A stretch of 64,000 nt of DNA from Naegleria gruberi (lineage: Eukaryota), in the NCBI GenBank assembly GCA_000004985.1, contig GG738910.1, one strand, 5' to 3'. Under the pieces are notes generated by a model, which saw only the letters and a list, made by a program, of their open reading frames with translations, was not told the origin of the DNA and did no database searches. Positions 9,634 through 23,400 of the stretch are shown piece by piece. The position numbers and the translations under genes were made by a program. The number at the start of each line of letters is the position of its first letter. Position 1 is the first letter of the stretch.

Positions 9634-12452
9634 ATGCTGAACCGAGTCTTTCAAACTGGTGTCCTGTTGGTACTCACTCTTACTGTTTTAGTTTTGATTA
9701 TTGACAATCAACTCTGTGTAAATGCAACATTTAAACCATTGTACAAGATGAGTACTGTTGTGGGTGGTGGATTTGATGATGGTCAAGATGCTAAACAAGT
9801 TTGCCTTGCTCCAACCAAAGTCAAGTTTGATAGAAAGAGTGAGAATATTTATATTTCAGGTGAGTTTTTATTCTAAACATGCTTCAAGATTATATGATTA
9901 GATAGAATCAATAATAGAATCAGAAAGTTGGATGTGATGAGTGGAAAGATCAGCACTATTGTTGGAAATGAATTTATTGGATTTTCAGGAGATGGTCAAG
10001 CAGCAACTCTTGCTCATATCAATAATCCAGGAAAGGTTGAGGTCTCTTCAAATAATGATATTTACTTTGCTGTAAGTTCTCTTTGTTCTGTTTCTAATAC
10101 ACTCATTTCAAAAAGGACACTAACAATCACAGAATTAGAAAGGTATTTGCCAATGGAACGATTTTAACCATTGCTGGTTGTGGAGAATTTGGTTTTGATC
10201 TGGAAGAGAAATCTCCAGTTCCTGCTCTAGAAGCCAAAATCAATTATCCTAAAGCAGTTCTTCTCTCTTCTGATGAAAAGATATTGTACATTACAGATAC
10301 AGCTTCTCACATGATCAAAGCTCTTTCATTCGAAACTGGTTTAGTTTCCATTATTGCTGGCTCTTTATACCGTGATAGTTCTCAAAACTCAACGATTGTT
10401 CAAGGACCAATCAGTTTGGCTTTGAGCCCTCTGACTAGTGAGGTTTATTTTGTAGATGATGATGGTATTAAAAAGATTACTAATGAAGGAAAGATCGAAA
10501 TGATAACAAGAAATTCTAAATTTGGTGGAGATGGAGGTCTAGCAATCAATGCTGGAGTTTCAGCTGTTGATATTGAGTTTTTGGGCACTAGTAATACATT
10601 GTTAATTGCTGATTACGGCAATAATCGAATTAGAATTATTGGTACCAATGGCTTTATTGAAACCTATGCTGGTAATGGTAATGTGACTTCAAGTATTGAT
10701 GGCGAAAGAGCTTTAGATTCTCCACTGACGGCTTTTGGAGTTTCCACATCTAATGAGGGTGAAGTTTATTTTGCTGATTATGCCAGAGTTTCAGTTGTCA
10801 CCATTAATGGCTTAATCAAACACGTGGCTGGTAATGGGAAATTGCAATATTTGGGAGATGGTAATTTAGCAACCCAAAGTCAATTATTCAAGCCAAGAGG
10901 TGTTGCTGTTTCCACAAGTGGAGAGCTATTTATCAGCGATTCTGCTCAAGATACTATTCGAAAAGTTTCTACTGAAGGTGTAATTAATACCATTGCCGGT
11001 GGAACTTTTCCATTGGGAGGTTATATTCAAGATGGTGTTGACCCATTGAATACATTCCTTAATAATCCAAGCGCTCTAGAATTTTCATCAAGTTCAGGAG
11101 AATTGTTTCTTTCAGATTCTCACAATTTTAGAGTGAGAAAGATTTCAAAGGAAAATATCATTTCTACAATCGCTAACCATACCTCAATCACCAGACCACA
11201 CGGCATTGCTCTTTATAATGACTTGGTTTATGTGGCTGATTCTCAATCCAATAGAGTGATACGAGTTGATAAGAATGATGGCTCTGTAACTCTGATAGCA
11301 GGAAATGGAACTGCTGGTTATTCAGGAGATGGAAGTTTGGCTACTCAAGCTCAATTATTCAATGTTTCTGGAGTTACTGTTCTTCCTAATGGTGAAGTTT
11401 TGATTGCAGACACCAACAATCATAGAATTCGTAAGGTCAACTTGGAGGGTATTATTCAAACAATTGCTGGTACAGGAATTCCCGGATTTAATGGTGATAA
11501 TATCCTCGCCACTAGTGCTCAATTGAATTCTCCAACTGACATCGAAGTTTCTCCAGTTTCAGGTGAAATTATTATTGTTGATTCGAATAATCATCGTATC
11601 AGAAAGATTGATTCCTTTGGTAATATTTCTACAATTGCAGGAACAGGTATTGCATCATTGAGCTCACATGGTAAACTTTCCATCTATGGAAGTCTTAACA
11701 CTCCAACTACGCTTTCAATTTCTGCTTTCAGTGGTCATGTCTACATTGCAGATTACGAAAATAGAAGAATTAGAAAATTGGAACAATTTACTATTGAAAA
11801 ATACAATCTTCCAGTTCAAGATGATGGTGAATTGAGAACCGAAACTATCCAAGATTCTACAAATCTTAAAACAATTAATTATGATAATATTCAAATTGAA
11901 CCTCCAAAGGAAAGTTTAAAGAATTCAGAGCTGAGTCTTGCCACTTCAGTTTACCAAGTCGACAGAAATGGAAAATTAACATCTTTTGAAAAGTCTATTA
12001 AGAGTGGAATTGTCACTGTTGCAATTTTGGATTCTGATTGTAATGTTATAGAAAATCCATTTACTTCTCCTCTCACAATTACATTCACTGAACTTGATTT
12101 CAATTCTACATCAAACTATTCCTGTATTTCGTACAATCAAGAATCCAAAGAATGGAAGAATGATGGCTCTGTCAATGAAATTTTATCTCTTAATTCAAAA
12201 TTAACAATTTCATGCAAATTTAGCAAACTTTCATCATTTGCAATAATGGAATCAAGTGGAGGACCTAGTCCAATAATAACTGCAACCTCTTCAAATACTA
12301 ATACTTTCAGGGACGCTGGCTTGGGAACTGATGCTATTGTTGCCATTGTTGTTTCCACTGTTGGTGGTGTAGCTTTGGTTGGAATTATTATGGCTGTAAT
12401 TGTTGGAATATTGTTTATTATGAAGAGAAAGCAAAATCTTTCCAAAATTTGA
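9634..12452 (+). CDS. Secreted type I membrane protein with 9-10 NHL repeats, a juxtamembrane Cys motif and one TM. There are 3 exons, and frame discrepancies at about 10199-10201 and 10258-10262
   Basis: Exon 1 is 9634..9859 (signal peptide MLNRVFQTGVLLVLTLTVLVLI), followed by a 42-nt intron at 9860..9901 (GTGAGT...TTAG). Exon 2 is 9902..10071, followed by a 44-nt intron at 10072..10115 (GTAAGT...AAAG). Exon 3 runs from 10116 to TGA at 12450-12452. Splicing restores ...NIYISDRINNRIRKLDVMSGK... and ...NNDIYFADTNNHRIRKVFANG... Between 10199 and 10262 the conserved NHL reading (DLEEKSPVPALEAKINYPKAV) sits in the +1 frame relative to both flanks. Confidence 0.7.
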
Positions 12453-12539
12453 AATATTTAATTAAAATTTTCCTTTAGTGTGTTTGTCTAATTGTTTTTT
12501 GAATTCAATGTGGGCAAAAACTTCATAAAAAAATATTCA

Positions 12540-12975
12540 ACATTCTGCTACTAAAGTAGGACATGATGATTTTCGGAGTGGTTTTGCATCATGAAAGCAC
12601 CAAACTTTCACATCATCATCTCAACATGATCTATATAGTAGTAATAATAGTAATTTTTATTGGTGGATTATCATCATGAAATTGGAATTTATTTTTCATC
12701 ATGGAAAATCACAAGTTGGTACATCATCATCGGATCACTCACCAACCATCATCAATGTTATTTGCCATCAATATAATAATAGTATTTGTGGAATTTAATT
12801 TTTAGTAATATAATTTTGGTGAAATGTCAAAATTTTCACTAAATTCATCATCACTGCTGGATCTACTGAACAAGTTGGAAAACTGTCAATGTAGTATTGT
12901 TCGGAATGATCAATAGTAGGTAAGAGAATTTGGGCAAGTTATGATAGGGATAGGTACATGTGAATTTTGAAAAAA
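12540..12975 (+). repeat. Dispersed repeat family R, short (B-type) sub-family; truncated copy about 90 bp downstream of the stop of the 9634..12452 gene
   Basis: About 97% identical to the reverse complement of 37611..38183 and 45932..46507 over about 430 bp, and diverges after 12975. Confidence 0.7.
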
Positions 12976-14149
12976 GAGCAACAAATATTCTAACTGTTAA
13001 CTAACATAATCACCTTAGCCAGTTCATCAACATTACATTCACTGCATCCACTCAACTTTGCATCTAGCATTAGTCATTTTACAAGTATTAAACAGGCCTC
13101 TCAAACTCAGCAACATTCCACTAGTCAATTTAAACAATTATATGAAACAAATCCTGTCTTGAATGATTCTAATCTACAACTAGAAGAATCAACAACTCTA
13201 ACCAATCCTCCTTCATTCTCTCTGCCTCCAAAGATTAGTAAGAATTCGTTTTCGAGAAAAACAATTTCAACTTCATAATTGAGTCTGGATTCTCTTGGTC
13301 CAGAAAAAAGAAAGAGGAAGAAGAGAAGCAATTTAATGTGGAAGTGGAATAACTCTGTGATTTTTCAACAGAGTGGAACATTAAAGGAAGGTCTGTGATT
13401 TTTCAACAGAGAGGTTTCTTTTTGGAAATACATTGAGCATTCCTTTAAGTGTCAGTTTTCAAGGGAAAAGGAGAACTTGTCCAGTAGATCCAGAATTTAT
13501 TACTAATGACTTGTTGGTTGGCCCTGTATTTTAGTCAATTAAGAACCCAAGGCAACCATTGAAAATTGATATTTAGTATTGATTGTATGGATGGTTTGAT
13601 GATTTGTTTGGATATGATTTCCTTAACTGTAAGAATGTTCAATTCCACATCCGTCCGCAGTGCTAGCAACATTGCTTTGGTTGTATAAAACGACCCTTCT
13701 GGAATATTATTAAGGTTGCAATTATTAATATACTAAGGTGGGGTATTGTTAATCCTAGTTGAACCGTTGATGATTGTTTTGGAAGTCAGGTTATCAAACC
13801 AAATGACACTCTATTTAAGACATGATCGTTGAGCTTCAAGTTTGTGTTTTGGCCTTTGCTAATATTAATAACACTTATTGAAACATGTTGTGGACGCTGT
13901 TTGTTGCGTGGTTTTGACTATTAAAAAAGATCTAAAACAATACAAAAACAGCTTTTCCTTTTTTAAGTATTTTACTGTGGAGAAGCCATCACCAACAATA
14001 CTGGTGGTGGTGGTGCACCACCTGCATTGTTTGTGGCATCTTGCTTGTAATATAGTGTTGGACAACTGTCCGCTATTCATCTCAACAGTGCCTTAAATCA
14101 CACACTTAATACTTGGTACCAATAATTTCAAACAATAAAAATTCTTCGT

Positions 14150-17100
14150 GTGATGATGACGGTGACGGTACTGAGAGGAGTTAAGGGTGCAATCAATACT
14201 AACAGCGCAATATGGCACCACCCATGGAAATATTTAAAAATCATATTGCTTTGTATTTATTGGGTAGTAATTTTAAATAGTAATCATCATGTACAATGTA
14301 CAGCAACATACAAATCGAAGGTAATTGTGGGAATGACATCATTGAGTCCTTTGAACAATGTGTCAATCTCAAGTAATTATGTGATTCCCGGAAATATTTA
14401 TTTAGATAGTACTGCTGGAGTAATGTACACGACCGAAGATGCAAAAATTAGAAAGATTACTCTTTCATCGGGTATTATTTCAACACTTGTAGGTTTTCTA
14501 GAAGTTTTTAATGGTTGTTAATTTATGTGTAAAAAACAAAAGGTTGGAAGTGGTAGATTTGGAACAACATATACAACTGATCCTACGACGACTCAAATGC
14601 ATATGCCAAAAAGCTTAACACTATGGAAAACACACTTAATTTGGATTGATGGATATGTGAGAATTAGAAAATTGGATTCATCCACTAATCAAGTTTCGGT
14701 AATTTTTGGTGCAGGAAATGGAAACTCTGACAATACTGTTACAAATCCTCTCTTGGTTCGATGTGGTTCTTCTTTGTCAATAACTGTAGATCCTTCAGAT
14801 AATATTTATTTTGCAGATTTTGGTAAGTATTAATTCTTTGAAGTTACTTGACATTGGAAAAGATAATGTGATGGTAAGAAAAATTGACGGGACTACCAAT
14901 GTAGCTAGTGTTTACAATTATTACCCTAGTGGTTTATTGGGTTATCCAGTTCAAATCAAATATTGTAATGGAGGCCTTTATGTATATGTAAATGATAACG
15001 TTAATTTCTATATTCAAAAATTGACGGAAAGTGATGGAACTGTTTATGCAAGCGTAGAGGTTGGAGGTGGTTCATCAAAAAGTACAGGTATTTCTGGAAC
15101 TTCCTATCAAATGGATGCCACTAACTATGTTACCAAGATGGACTGTTACAATAATGAGCTTTATTGGAATGCGTACGATTATAGCATTAGAAAACTAACA
15201 ACTGGTGGAATTGTGGAACAGGTTTTGGGAAATGGATATAGAGGTGAGTCAGAAGATGGAACCATTACATCATCTTCAATAATTGGTTACATTGAATACT
15301 TAACTATTGATCAGGCGAATGGTGATCTTTACTTTGCTGAAAATAATTACAACATTAGAAAACTTGTTGGAACTACTTTGTCTTCATTTTTGCATTATAG
15401 AAATGTATTGAATGAAGGAAATCCAAAAACTCTTCCATTAGTTACAAAGGCAATTGCTTTATACAGTGATGGAATTTATTTGGCTGAACCAAACAGTATT
15501 AAGTTTTACAATTTAACAAGTTCAACAATTAAGCATTTTGCGGGATATTTTTATCTTCCATATAACAACAAAGCCCCAATAGGATCTTTAAATATTGGAG
15601 GTTCTTATGTGACTGCTAGATATTCTAGCATTCTATCTATGACATGCACTCCAACAGGAGATATCTATTTGAGTGAGTATTATATGAATTTTCATTCAAA
15701 ATTGATTTAATAGTTGATAATCATTATCCTGGATTTTTTATCAAATTACTGTCAAAGAGCACGGGTTTAGTTACAATAGTAGCTGGCACAGCTTCTGCAT
15801 TAGAGTGTGTTAATGGAAATACTCCAACTGCTTGTGCTATTACTGTAAGTATTTTTCTCTCATTTATTGTTTCCAATTTTATTCTAGAATGCCAAAAATA
15901 TACAATATTACAATGGTGAGGTCTATTTTGCAACAGATATCTACATTTACAAAATCAGCTCATCAACTGGAAAGATTGAGATTGTTTTAGGAGGCGGTAC
16001 TTTCACTTCTGATGGTGCATCTTCATCAGCAAATATTGCAACGCTTGGTACGTTAATTGTCATTCTCTTTCATTTAATTCTTTTATAGGTGCTTTTACGA
16101 TACGACCATCAGATGGAAAGATATATTACTTTCAACAAATCGGTTTTACGTTTTATCTCAAAGTTTTCTCTACTTCAACAGTTACAACACTTTTTACTGT
16201 AAGTGTTGATTGAACTATTTAATCTAACTTAATTAAGACCTCTTCTGTTCCTCTTGTCCCATTCAGTCTTTATGTAAACGACAACGGTTATGTGTACTAC
16301 ACTGATAGTATGACTAATACTGTTAAACTTTTCACACCTACAACAGCTAATGCTAACACTGGTACACTTACGTCATATGCTGGTAATAGTTTTGGAACAT
16401 ATAATGATGGAGAAACTCTGGCTAATACCAAGTTCACTACACTTGTAGGTTTGACTTTTTCCAACGATAACAACTTGATGTTTGTTGCAGACGATAAACT
16501 CAGAATAATTTACAAGGAGTGTGATGCAAATTATGGTGGAGATTATTGTAATCTACCCTATTGTTACTCGATTAGATCTGATGACTCCACTGTTTGTAAT
16601 TCTAATGGAAATTGTACAGATGTTAACAATTGTTTGTGTTCAAATGGTTTCTCAGGTGCTAATTGTTCTTCTTGGACTTGTAATGGATATTCAAATTCTC
16701 TTACAACTGGCTGTTCTTATCATGGTACTTGTACATCATATAACACTTGTAATTGCTCATCTAATTATTATGGATCTAATTGCTCAATTACAACATGTAA
16801 TGATATTTATTCTAATTCAAGTGAAGTTTGTTTAGGAAGAGGTATATGTGCTCAAGTAGACGATTGCCATTGTGAATTTGGTTTTACAGGCAATAATTGC
16901 CAAAATTACAACTGCTCTGGAATTGCTTTTGACAATTCCAGTGTCTGCTCTTCCAGAGGATTGTGTTTATCTCCAAATAATTGTTCTTGTCAAAGTGGGT
17001 TTTTTGGAAATGAGTGTCAACACTATAATTGTTATGGAATTCTCGCTAATTCGTCTCAAGTTTGTTCCTCAAGTGGTGTATGTTCATCTCCAAATAATTG

Positions 17101-20100
17101 CACCTGTAATGATGGTTACACTGGTGATGAATGTCACTTGACTTCCTGTTATGGCGTTTCTTCCAATAATTCAAAGGTTTGTTCAGGTCATGGAGGTTGC
17201 AGCTTTTATAATAATTGTATCTGTGAAAGTGGATATTTTGGAAATGATTGCTTCTTCTATAATTGTTTTGGTATTCTGAATACCAATAGTTCAGTATGTT
17301 CTGGAAATGGTAACTGTACAATGCATGATACATGTGAGTGCAAAGAGAGTTTCACTGGATTAAGTTGTAATGTTACAATACCACAAAATAGTCCAATTAT
17401 TAGTAATATTTCTTTTGGTAACATTACTTTTAATAATACTTCTATGAATGAAACATCTTACTTTAACGAAACTCTCATGAGCAACATATCAATGACTAAT
17501 GGCAGTTCAAATTATATTTCTTTGAGTAATAATACTGTAAATACCACTTCCTTAAATGATACAGAGTACTTTAATGAAACCAAAATGAACCCTAGCAACA
17601 TATCAATAACCAACAGTAGTTTAAACTATACTTCTTTAAATGATACTGCAAATTTCAATGAAACCAAAATGAACAATGACTCTTCTCATAACTCAACTTC
17701 TAACACTAATGAAACGGATGTAAATTCTCCCCTCCTTCAACAAAATACATCCACTATCAACAATACCATTCTTAACAATAACGTCTCTGCTGAGTCCTCC
17801 CAAATTTATTTACTGGTTTCGTGTTTTGGTATTCTGAATACCAATAGTTCTGTCTGCTCAGGAAATGGTAATTGTTCAATGAATGATACATGTGAGTGCA
17901 AAGAGAGTTTCACTGGATTAAGTTGTAATGTTACAATACCACAAAATAGTCCAATTATTAGTAATATTTCTTTTGGTAACATTACTTTTAATAATACTTC
18001 TATGAATGAAACATCTTACTTTAACGAAACTATAATGAGCAACATATCAATGACTAATGGCAGTTCAAATTATACTTCCGAAAACTCAACTTTCACCGTT
18101 AACGAAACAGATGTAAATTCGTCTCCACAAAATACGTCAACAATCATCAACAACACCAACCCAACAACTTCTAACACATCTTCTGTTATGCAAAACAGCA
18201 CATGCTATGGAACCAATTCTACTCTGGTCTGTAGTGGAAATGGAAAATGTTTAACTAACCAACAGTGCTCTTGTGACTATGGATACGCAGGTGATGTATG
18301 TGAATTGAATACGTGTTTTGGAATTCCTTCTTCTGATAGAGTATGTAATGGAAGAGGTGTTTGTTCAAATATCAATACTTGTGAATGTTTTTCTAGAATT
18401 GGAGTCAAGATTATGGGAGATGAATGTGAAACTTTGCTTTGCAGAGGAGTTTATAATGGTGTGGGGTATTTCTTTTCAGATATAGACTCAAGAGTTTGTT
18501 CAAACCATGGAAAGTGCTTTATTGATTTAAATAATTCTTCAGGCTGTTTTTGTGATTATGGTTATTATGGAGATTCGTGCAATAAGTATGATTGTTTCTC
18601 GGAGTCAAGCACTAGTGAAAATGTTTGCTCTGGACATGGAACATGTGAAAGTCCTGATACTTGTCAATGCTTAAATGATGACACAAATGGACATTTTGCA
18701 GGACCAAACTGTAATACATGTCATTCGGCATTTTCTGGATCATCTTGTAAAGACAAGACATGTACTGCTTCAACATGTTTGAATGGAGGTTCATGTGGAA
18801 ATGAAAACCAGTGTGTTTGTACCAGTAATTTTACAGGACTGATTTGTGAGGATTGTAAATTAGACCATTATGGGTTAAATTGTAATGTCTATTGTAATTA
18901 TGAAACTACGTGTAATGGACATGGATTTTGTGATATGTTGAATGGAACCTGTTTATGCTTTTCAAGCAGAGAAAATGGATATTGGAATGGAACAAGTTGT
19001 AATTCATGCCTTGTAGACTATTATGGCAGTGATTGTTTAACTCGTTTTGATTCCTTCAATTCAACTTATTCTTCAGCATTATTTGGACAAATTTCAAAAT
19101 ATTTTGATGGAATATCATTCAAGTTATTTGGGCCTTCTTATTCACATAACAGCATTTCATGTTCCAAATTAATTCACCCCAATGATTTTTCACTATTTGG
19201 TGTAGAACCAAAATGTTATTGGACAGATAAATTGAATGGTGTATTCAAAATAGAATTTGATAATGATTTTACATTTGACATCACTAAGGTATTGAGTATC
19301 CGATTGAATACAAATGTATTCTCCAATACCTTGATTGATTATGGGTACATTAGAATGTATTTGATTCTGTCTGACAATATTCAAGCACCAACAGCAAATA
19401 TCAAAACCTCAAAAAAACTTTATTCCACGTCTGAGAATATTTATCTTAGTGCTAGTAACAGTTTTTCAGGAGATAAGAAAGGATTAGAATATTATTGGAG
19501 TATTAATGGACAAAATGTACCAATGAATGTTTTACAATCAACAATGTCAACAAAGGATCAAATTCTAAAAATTGAAAAAGATCAATTAACCAGTGGAACT
19601 TTCGTTATTTCATTATTTGTCAAAAGCCAAGTAAGCAAATTGTCGAGCTCAACTGAGTCAATCACTATTCAAGTTCAAGATGTTGAATTTCCCTCTGTTG
19701 TAATTTTAAATAAGGAAATTTCAGTGAAATCAATAGACAAATATATAACAATCAAAAAGACAACCTCTATTCCAATATCTTTGAAAGAAAAGGAAATGAA
19801 AATAGAATGGCAACAAATAGAAGGACCAACATCCATCAAATTCAAAAAAGACTCTTACAATAATTTAGTTATTGAACAATTATCAATTGGAAAATGGAAA
19901 TATGTTTTCAAAGTTTCAATATTTGTTGTTGAAAATCCAACATTAACCTCTAACGACTTCGTTGTAATCAATGCAGATCAACCAAAACTTTCACTATCAT
20001 TATCATTGAAACAATCAACAAGAATATCTAATTCTATTCAGGTGAATTTTCAAGATCCTGAAAACAATTTAGATGAATACGAGCGTTGGAAGTGGACATG

Positions 20101-22405
20101 TATTGATGTTGCCACGGTTGGATATTGTGGTGATACAATTTATCAAAATCTTGCTTTGAATTCAAAGAATCGCTCCACAATTATTAATCTTTCACAACAA
20201 GATTTTCCATCCTATGTCATGAGCCCAACACTTACATTGTTCATTATGAAGGGAGATAGAAGCGTTTATAGCTCGTTAAATTTAAATATTCAACATTCAC
20301 CTCCAATAATCAGTGTTATTAGTATTTCACCAAATTTGAGAAATATTGTAACCAATGATGATAAAATATCAATTGAAATGAAACATCAAGATCAAGATCC
20401 CTCCAATTCATCACTCGTAATTAAAACTCAATGGAAAATTGATAACTTTTTGGTATCTGAAAGTAATACCAAAAAAGTGAATGGAAATGAATTTGAAACA
20501 ACTAGCTCCACAATCACAACACCTTTTAAGCATCTTAAGAGTTTAAATAAGAATAAGTATAGCTCGTTAGTTATTGACTCAAAAGAACTAGAAGAAGGAA
20601 CTGATCATTCAATTGAGGTCAAAGTTTCCTTTGTGGATAGTTATACCAATCAAGAAATGGCCGCCACTTCAAATGTGAACAGTTTCACAAAAGCCTTACC
20701 TCCAAGAAAGTGTCCATGTACCATTTCACCAACAACTGGTGTTTCAATGAAGACTGATTTTACATTCAGTTGTGATAATTGTCAGAATGAAGATAATACA
20801 ATTGAAATCAAACAAGGATACATTGATCAAGAAACTGGAATTAAGGTTTATTTACCATTGTCATTGGATGGTTCCGTTAACATTCCATCTTCCTCTTCTG
20901 CTACATCTTCTACCAAAAGAAGATTGGATGATCATTCTGTTCAATTATTTGTTGAACTGGGTGACAAATCAACAGGAGAATCCAGAGTAATGTATTCGAA
21001 TATCACTGTACTACCTCCAAGCCCACCACATCCAACTTTATCTGAAATTTTAAATCTTGTTTCAAATCAAACAAGTAAGATCATGTCTACTTCAATTCAA
21101 GATGGTAATACAGCAGTTAGTATTGCAGATACTCTTACTTGTATTGTGTCAACAAGTCAATTATTACAAACACTACCAAGTACTGATAAGGAAACAAGTA
21201 CTGTCACTCAAGTTCAATCTAAATTATTAGATACATTATCTAGTTCATTGCAAACAACTGGATCTGATAGTGTTTCAAGTTCCACAACGTCAATGGCCGT
21301 TCTAGCACTGCATTCCGTTGTGAAGAACGAACAAGTAATTGAAAAACCAGTTATTCAAAAATCAATTACCATTCTAAATAATGTTATTCAATTGACACTT
21401 AAAAGTAAGGTTGATATTTTCACACAAACATCAAAACCGCTATTAGCAATTGTTGGAAAGTTAAGTGACCAAGTTGCTAAATTTACCCACTTGAAAGAGG
21501 AATTTATAAGATACGAGGAAATAGCATCAACGGCTGAGATGATAACCCTGTCCTATGTTTCTGTTCAACCAGTGAGTGGTGATCCAGCAGCAATTCATGA
21601 GAGTGTTGTTAATGCCAAGGCTGACAAAATGTACTTGACTGATTTTTCAAATGTAATTATATCATCAGCGCCAACAAGCAATTCTAAAAAGAGAGTGAAT
21701 ATTTATCAATCTTTTGTGAATATTCCACCAATGAAAGTTACAGAAAGTAATGAATTTGCAGAATTGACCTATTCCTACATTGTTAAAGAGCATGTTCCAT
21801 CGATTTATCAAAAAATTTTACAACAAGAATCAAATAACTCTACCAATGGAACAAGGTTTGATGTAATTTCATCTGTGAGTGCTTCATTAGCAATTTCATC
21901 TCCTCATGCTCACATGATTGAATTTTCTCAAAATTTGACAATTTATATTCATGTCAATGATGAAGATTTCTCCACAGCGTCATTGACAGAATATGCATGT
22001 GTATTAGTCAATTCAAATTTGGAAAGCGATTTTGAAAATTGTACCATTTCAGGACGTGACAAGGCAACTGAGTCAATTGCTTGTAATTGTCGATTCATTG
22101 ATCTACATGTTTCTAATGTAATAATTCTCAAAAACAATAAGCAAAAAATAGTACTACAGAACAAACAAGAAGAAGGTCTAGATGATGATGTGTTGGTGAT
22201 TATAATTGTTGCAATTGTTTCATGTGTTGGATTGTCTATTCTGTCAATTTCAATGGTAATGGGAATTTTTGCTTGTTATATGAAGAAGAAATCTAAAAAG
22301 ATTTATCCTTACGAAAGAAAGGAATTAATTTCACACAATATTGAACAACCTACCAAACCTTATGATAATTCATTGATTTCAACATCTTCCATTTCTTTAC
22401 TTTAG
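14150..22405 (+). CDS. Giant (about 2,500 aa) secreted type I membrane protein with 7 exons. Domain order: degenerate NHL-like beta-propeller, tenascin-type EGF array, N/S/T-rich glycosylated spacer, further EGF and laminin-type EGF, PKD/REJ-like region, conserved CxC-ISP module, GPS-like motif, TM, cytoplasmic tail
   Basis: Exons by frame-consistent GT-AG splicing: 14150..14488, 14543..14822, 14863..15672, 15714..15844, 15888..16047, 16089..16198 and 16238..22405. The introns are 54, 40, 41, 43, 41 and 39 nt. The final exon is the 2,037-aa ORF, containing about 20 C-x-x-G-x-C EGF repeats, the motif KCPCTISPTTGVSMKTDFTFSCDNCQN, and a TM (VLVIIIVAIVSCVGLSILSISMVMGIFACYM). The start at 14150 is the first ATG of the first coding exon, but an upstream exon cannot be excluded. 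Confidence 0.72.
17269..17515 (+). repeat. Intragenic segmental duplication, copy 1 (encodes EGF plus N-glycosylation-rich spacer: CFGILNTNSSVCSGNGNC...NETSYFNET)
   Basis: About 250 nt nearly identical to 17823..18070, about 550 bp downstream in the same exon. Confidence 0.7.
17823..18070 (+). repeat. Intragenic segmental duplication, copy 2
   Basis: Near-identical to 17269..17515 at the nucleotide level, with T/S and H/N substitutions in the encoded EGF. Confidence 0.7.
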
Positions 22406-22664
22406 ATTATTCCAATCATCAAGATGTATGTAACATTGCAAATTAATAAAAACAAAATTGAGAACAAGTAATTATACTAATGGATACTAAAGCTCAGGGA
22501 CTGTTTCACCTTTAAGGTGATTCAGTCTTGAGACCTGCATTAATGGATATAAATCTTTATTAGCAGGTCCCGAGAATAATAAATATGGCTCTTATAAAAA
22601 AACTTATGTTGTGTCTATTAATAATTATCGCACGATGAGCTGTGCCAATTTTATTCCTTTCCAT

Positions 22665-23400
22665 TAATAGGATATTTCTCAAGATTTCAAAATCTCGAAT
22701 ACACCATAAAACAGCAAACAATGAATAGAGTACCGACTATGTATTGCTTACATCCTACCTATATACTTTTCATCATAGGAGACAATGTAGGTGATGTGAA
22801 ATTTAATTAAAATCAGAAATATCAAAATCTTCATGATTTCAACGAAACACGACGAAATAATTGGCACGGTACATCTACAATAGTACTAATAAAAGTTTAT
22901 TAATGTTTCAAGATGATTGACTGTGTACTTTTGGCATGAATCATGATTGGTGACCATGAATAACCCGAAGTTGACAAAAACACAAAATGATGAAAATTGA
23001 AAGTTTTCCAAATTATCATGTGAATCTGGCAGTGATGATGATTTTAGTGAAAATATTGAATTTCACTAAAATATTACTATTATCAGATTTATTTCCACAA
23101 ATATTACTATTATAATGATGATAAATAACAATGATGATGGTTGGTAGTTGTTCCGATGATCATGTACCAACTTGGATTTTTCCAAATAATAAAATTATGA
23201 AGGAAAAATAAAATTATTTCCAAATCATGATGAAAGATTAAATTCCAAAAATTACTATTAATACTATTATTTAAATCATGATGAGATGATGTGGTGAAAT
23301 TCTTGGAGTTAATAGATGTGAAACTACTCCAAAAATCAATAGAGTTGTGATGTACCTGATCAACATATTTTTAAAAAAAATAGAGACAGTTGACAAAACA
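22665..23400 (-). repeat. Dispersed repeat family R, long (A-type) sub-family; inverted copy between the 14150..22405 and 23745..37050 genes
   Basis: Reverse complement of the 53690..54580-type sequence. For example, 22665-22700 is the reverse complement of gctgttttatggtgtattcgagattttgaaatcttgagaaatatcc, and 23050-23330 is the reverse complement of the ttggagtgatttcacatctattaactccaagaatttcaccacatcatctcatcatgattt segment. Confidence 0.7.

Noticed and set aside
13865-14096. Small ORFs at 13125..13331, 13865..14080 and 13878..14096 upstream of the 14150 gene
   Set aside because: They are short, mutually overlapping on opposite strands, and show no similarity to the NHL exons. They may contain the true first exon or UTR of the downstream gene, but I could not build a frame-consistent splice.
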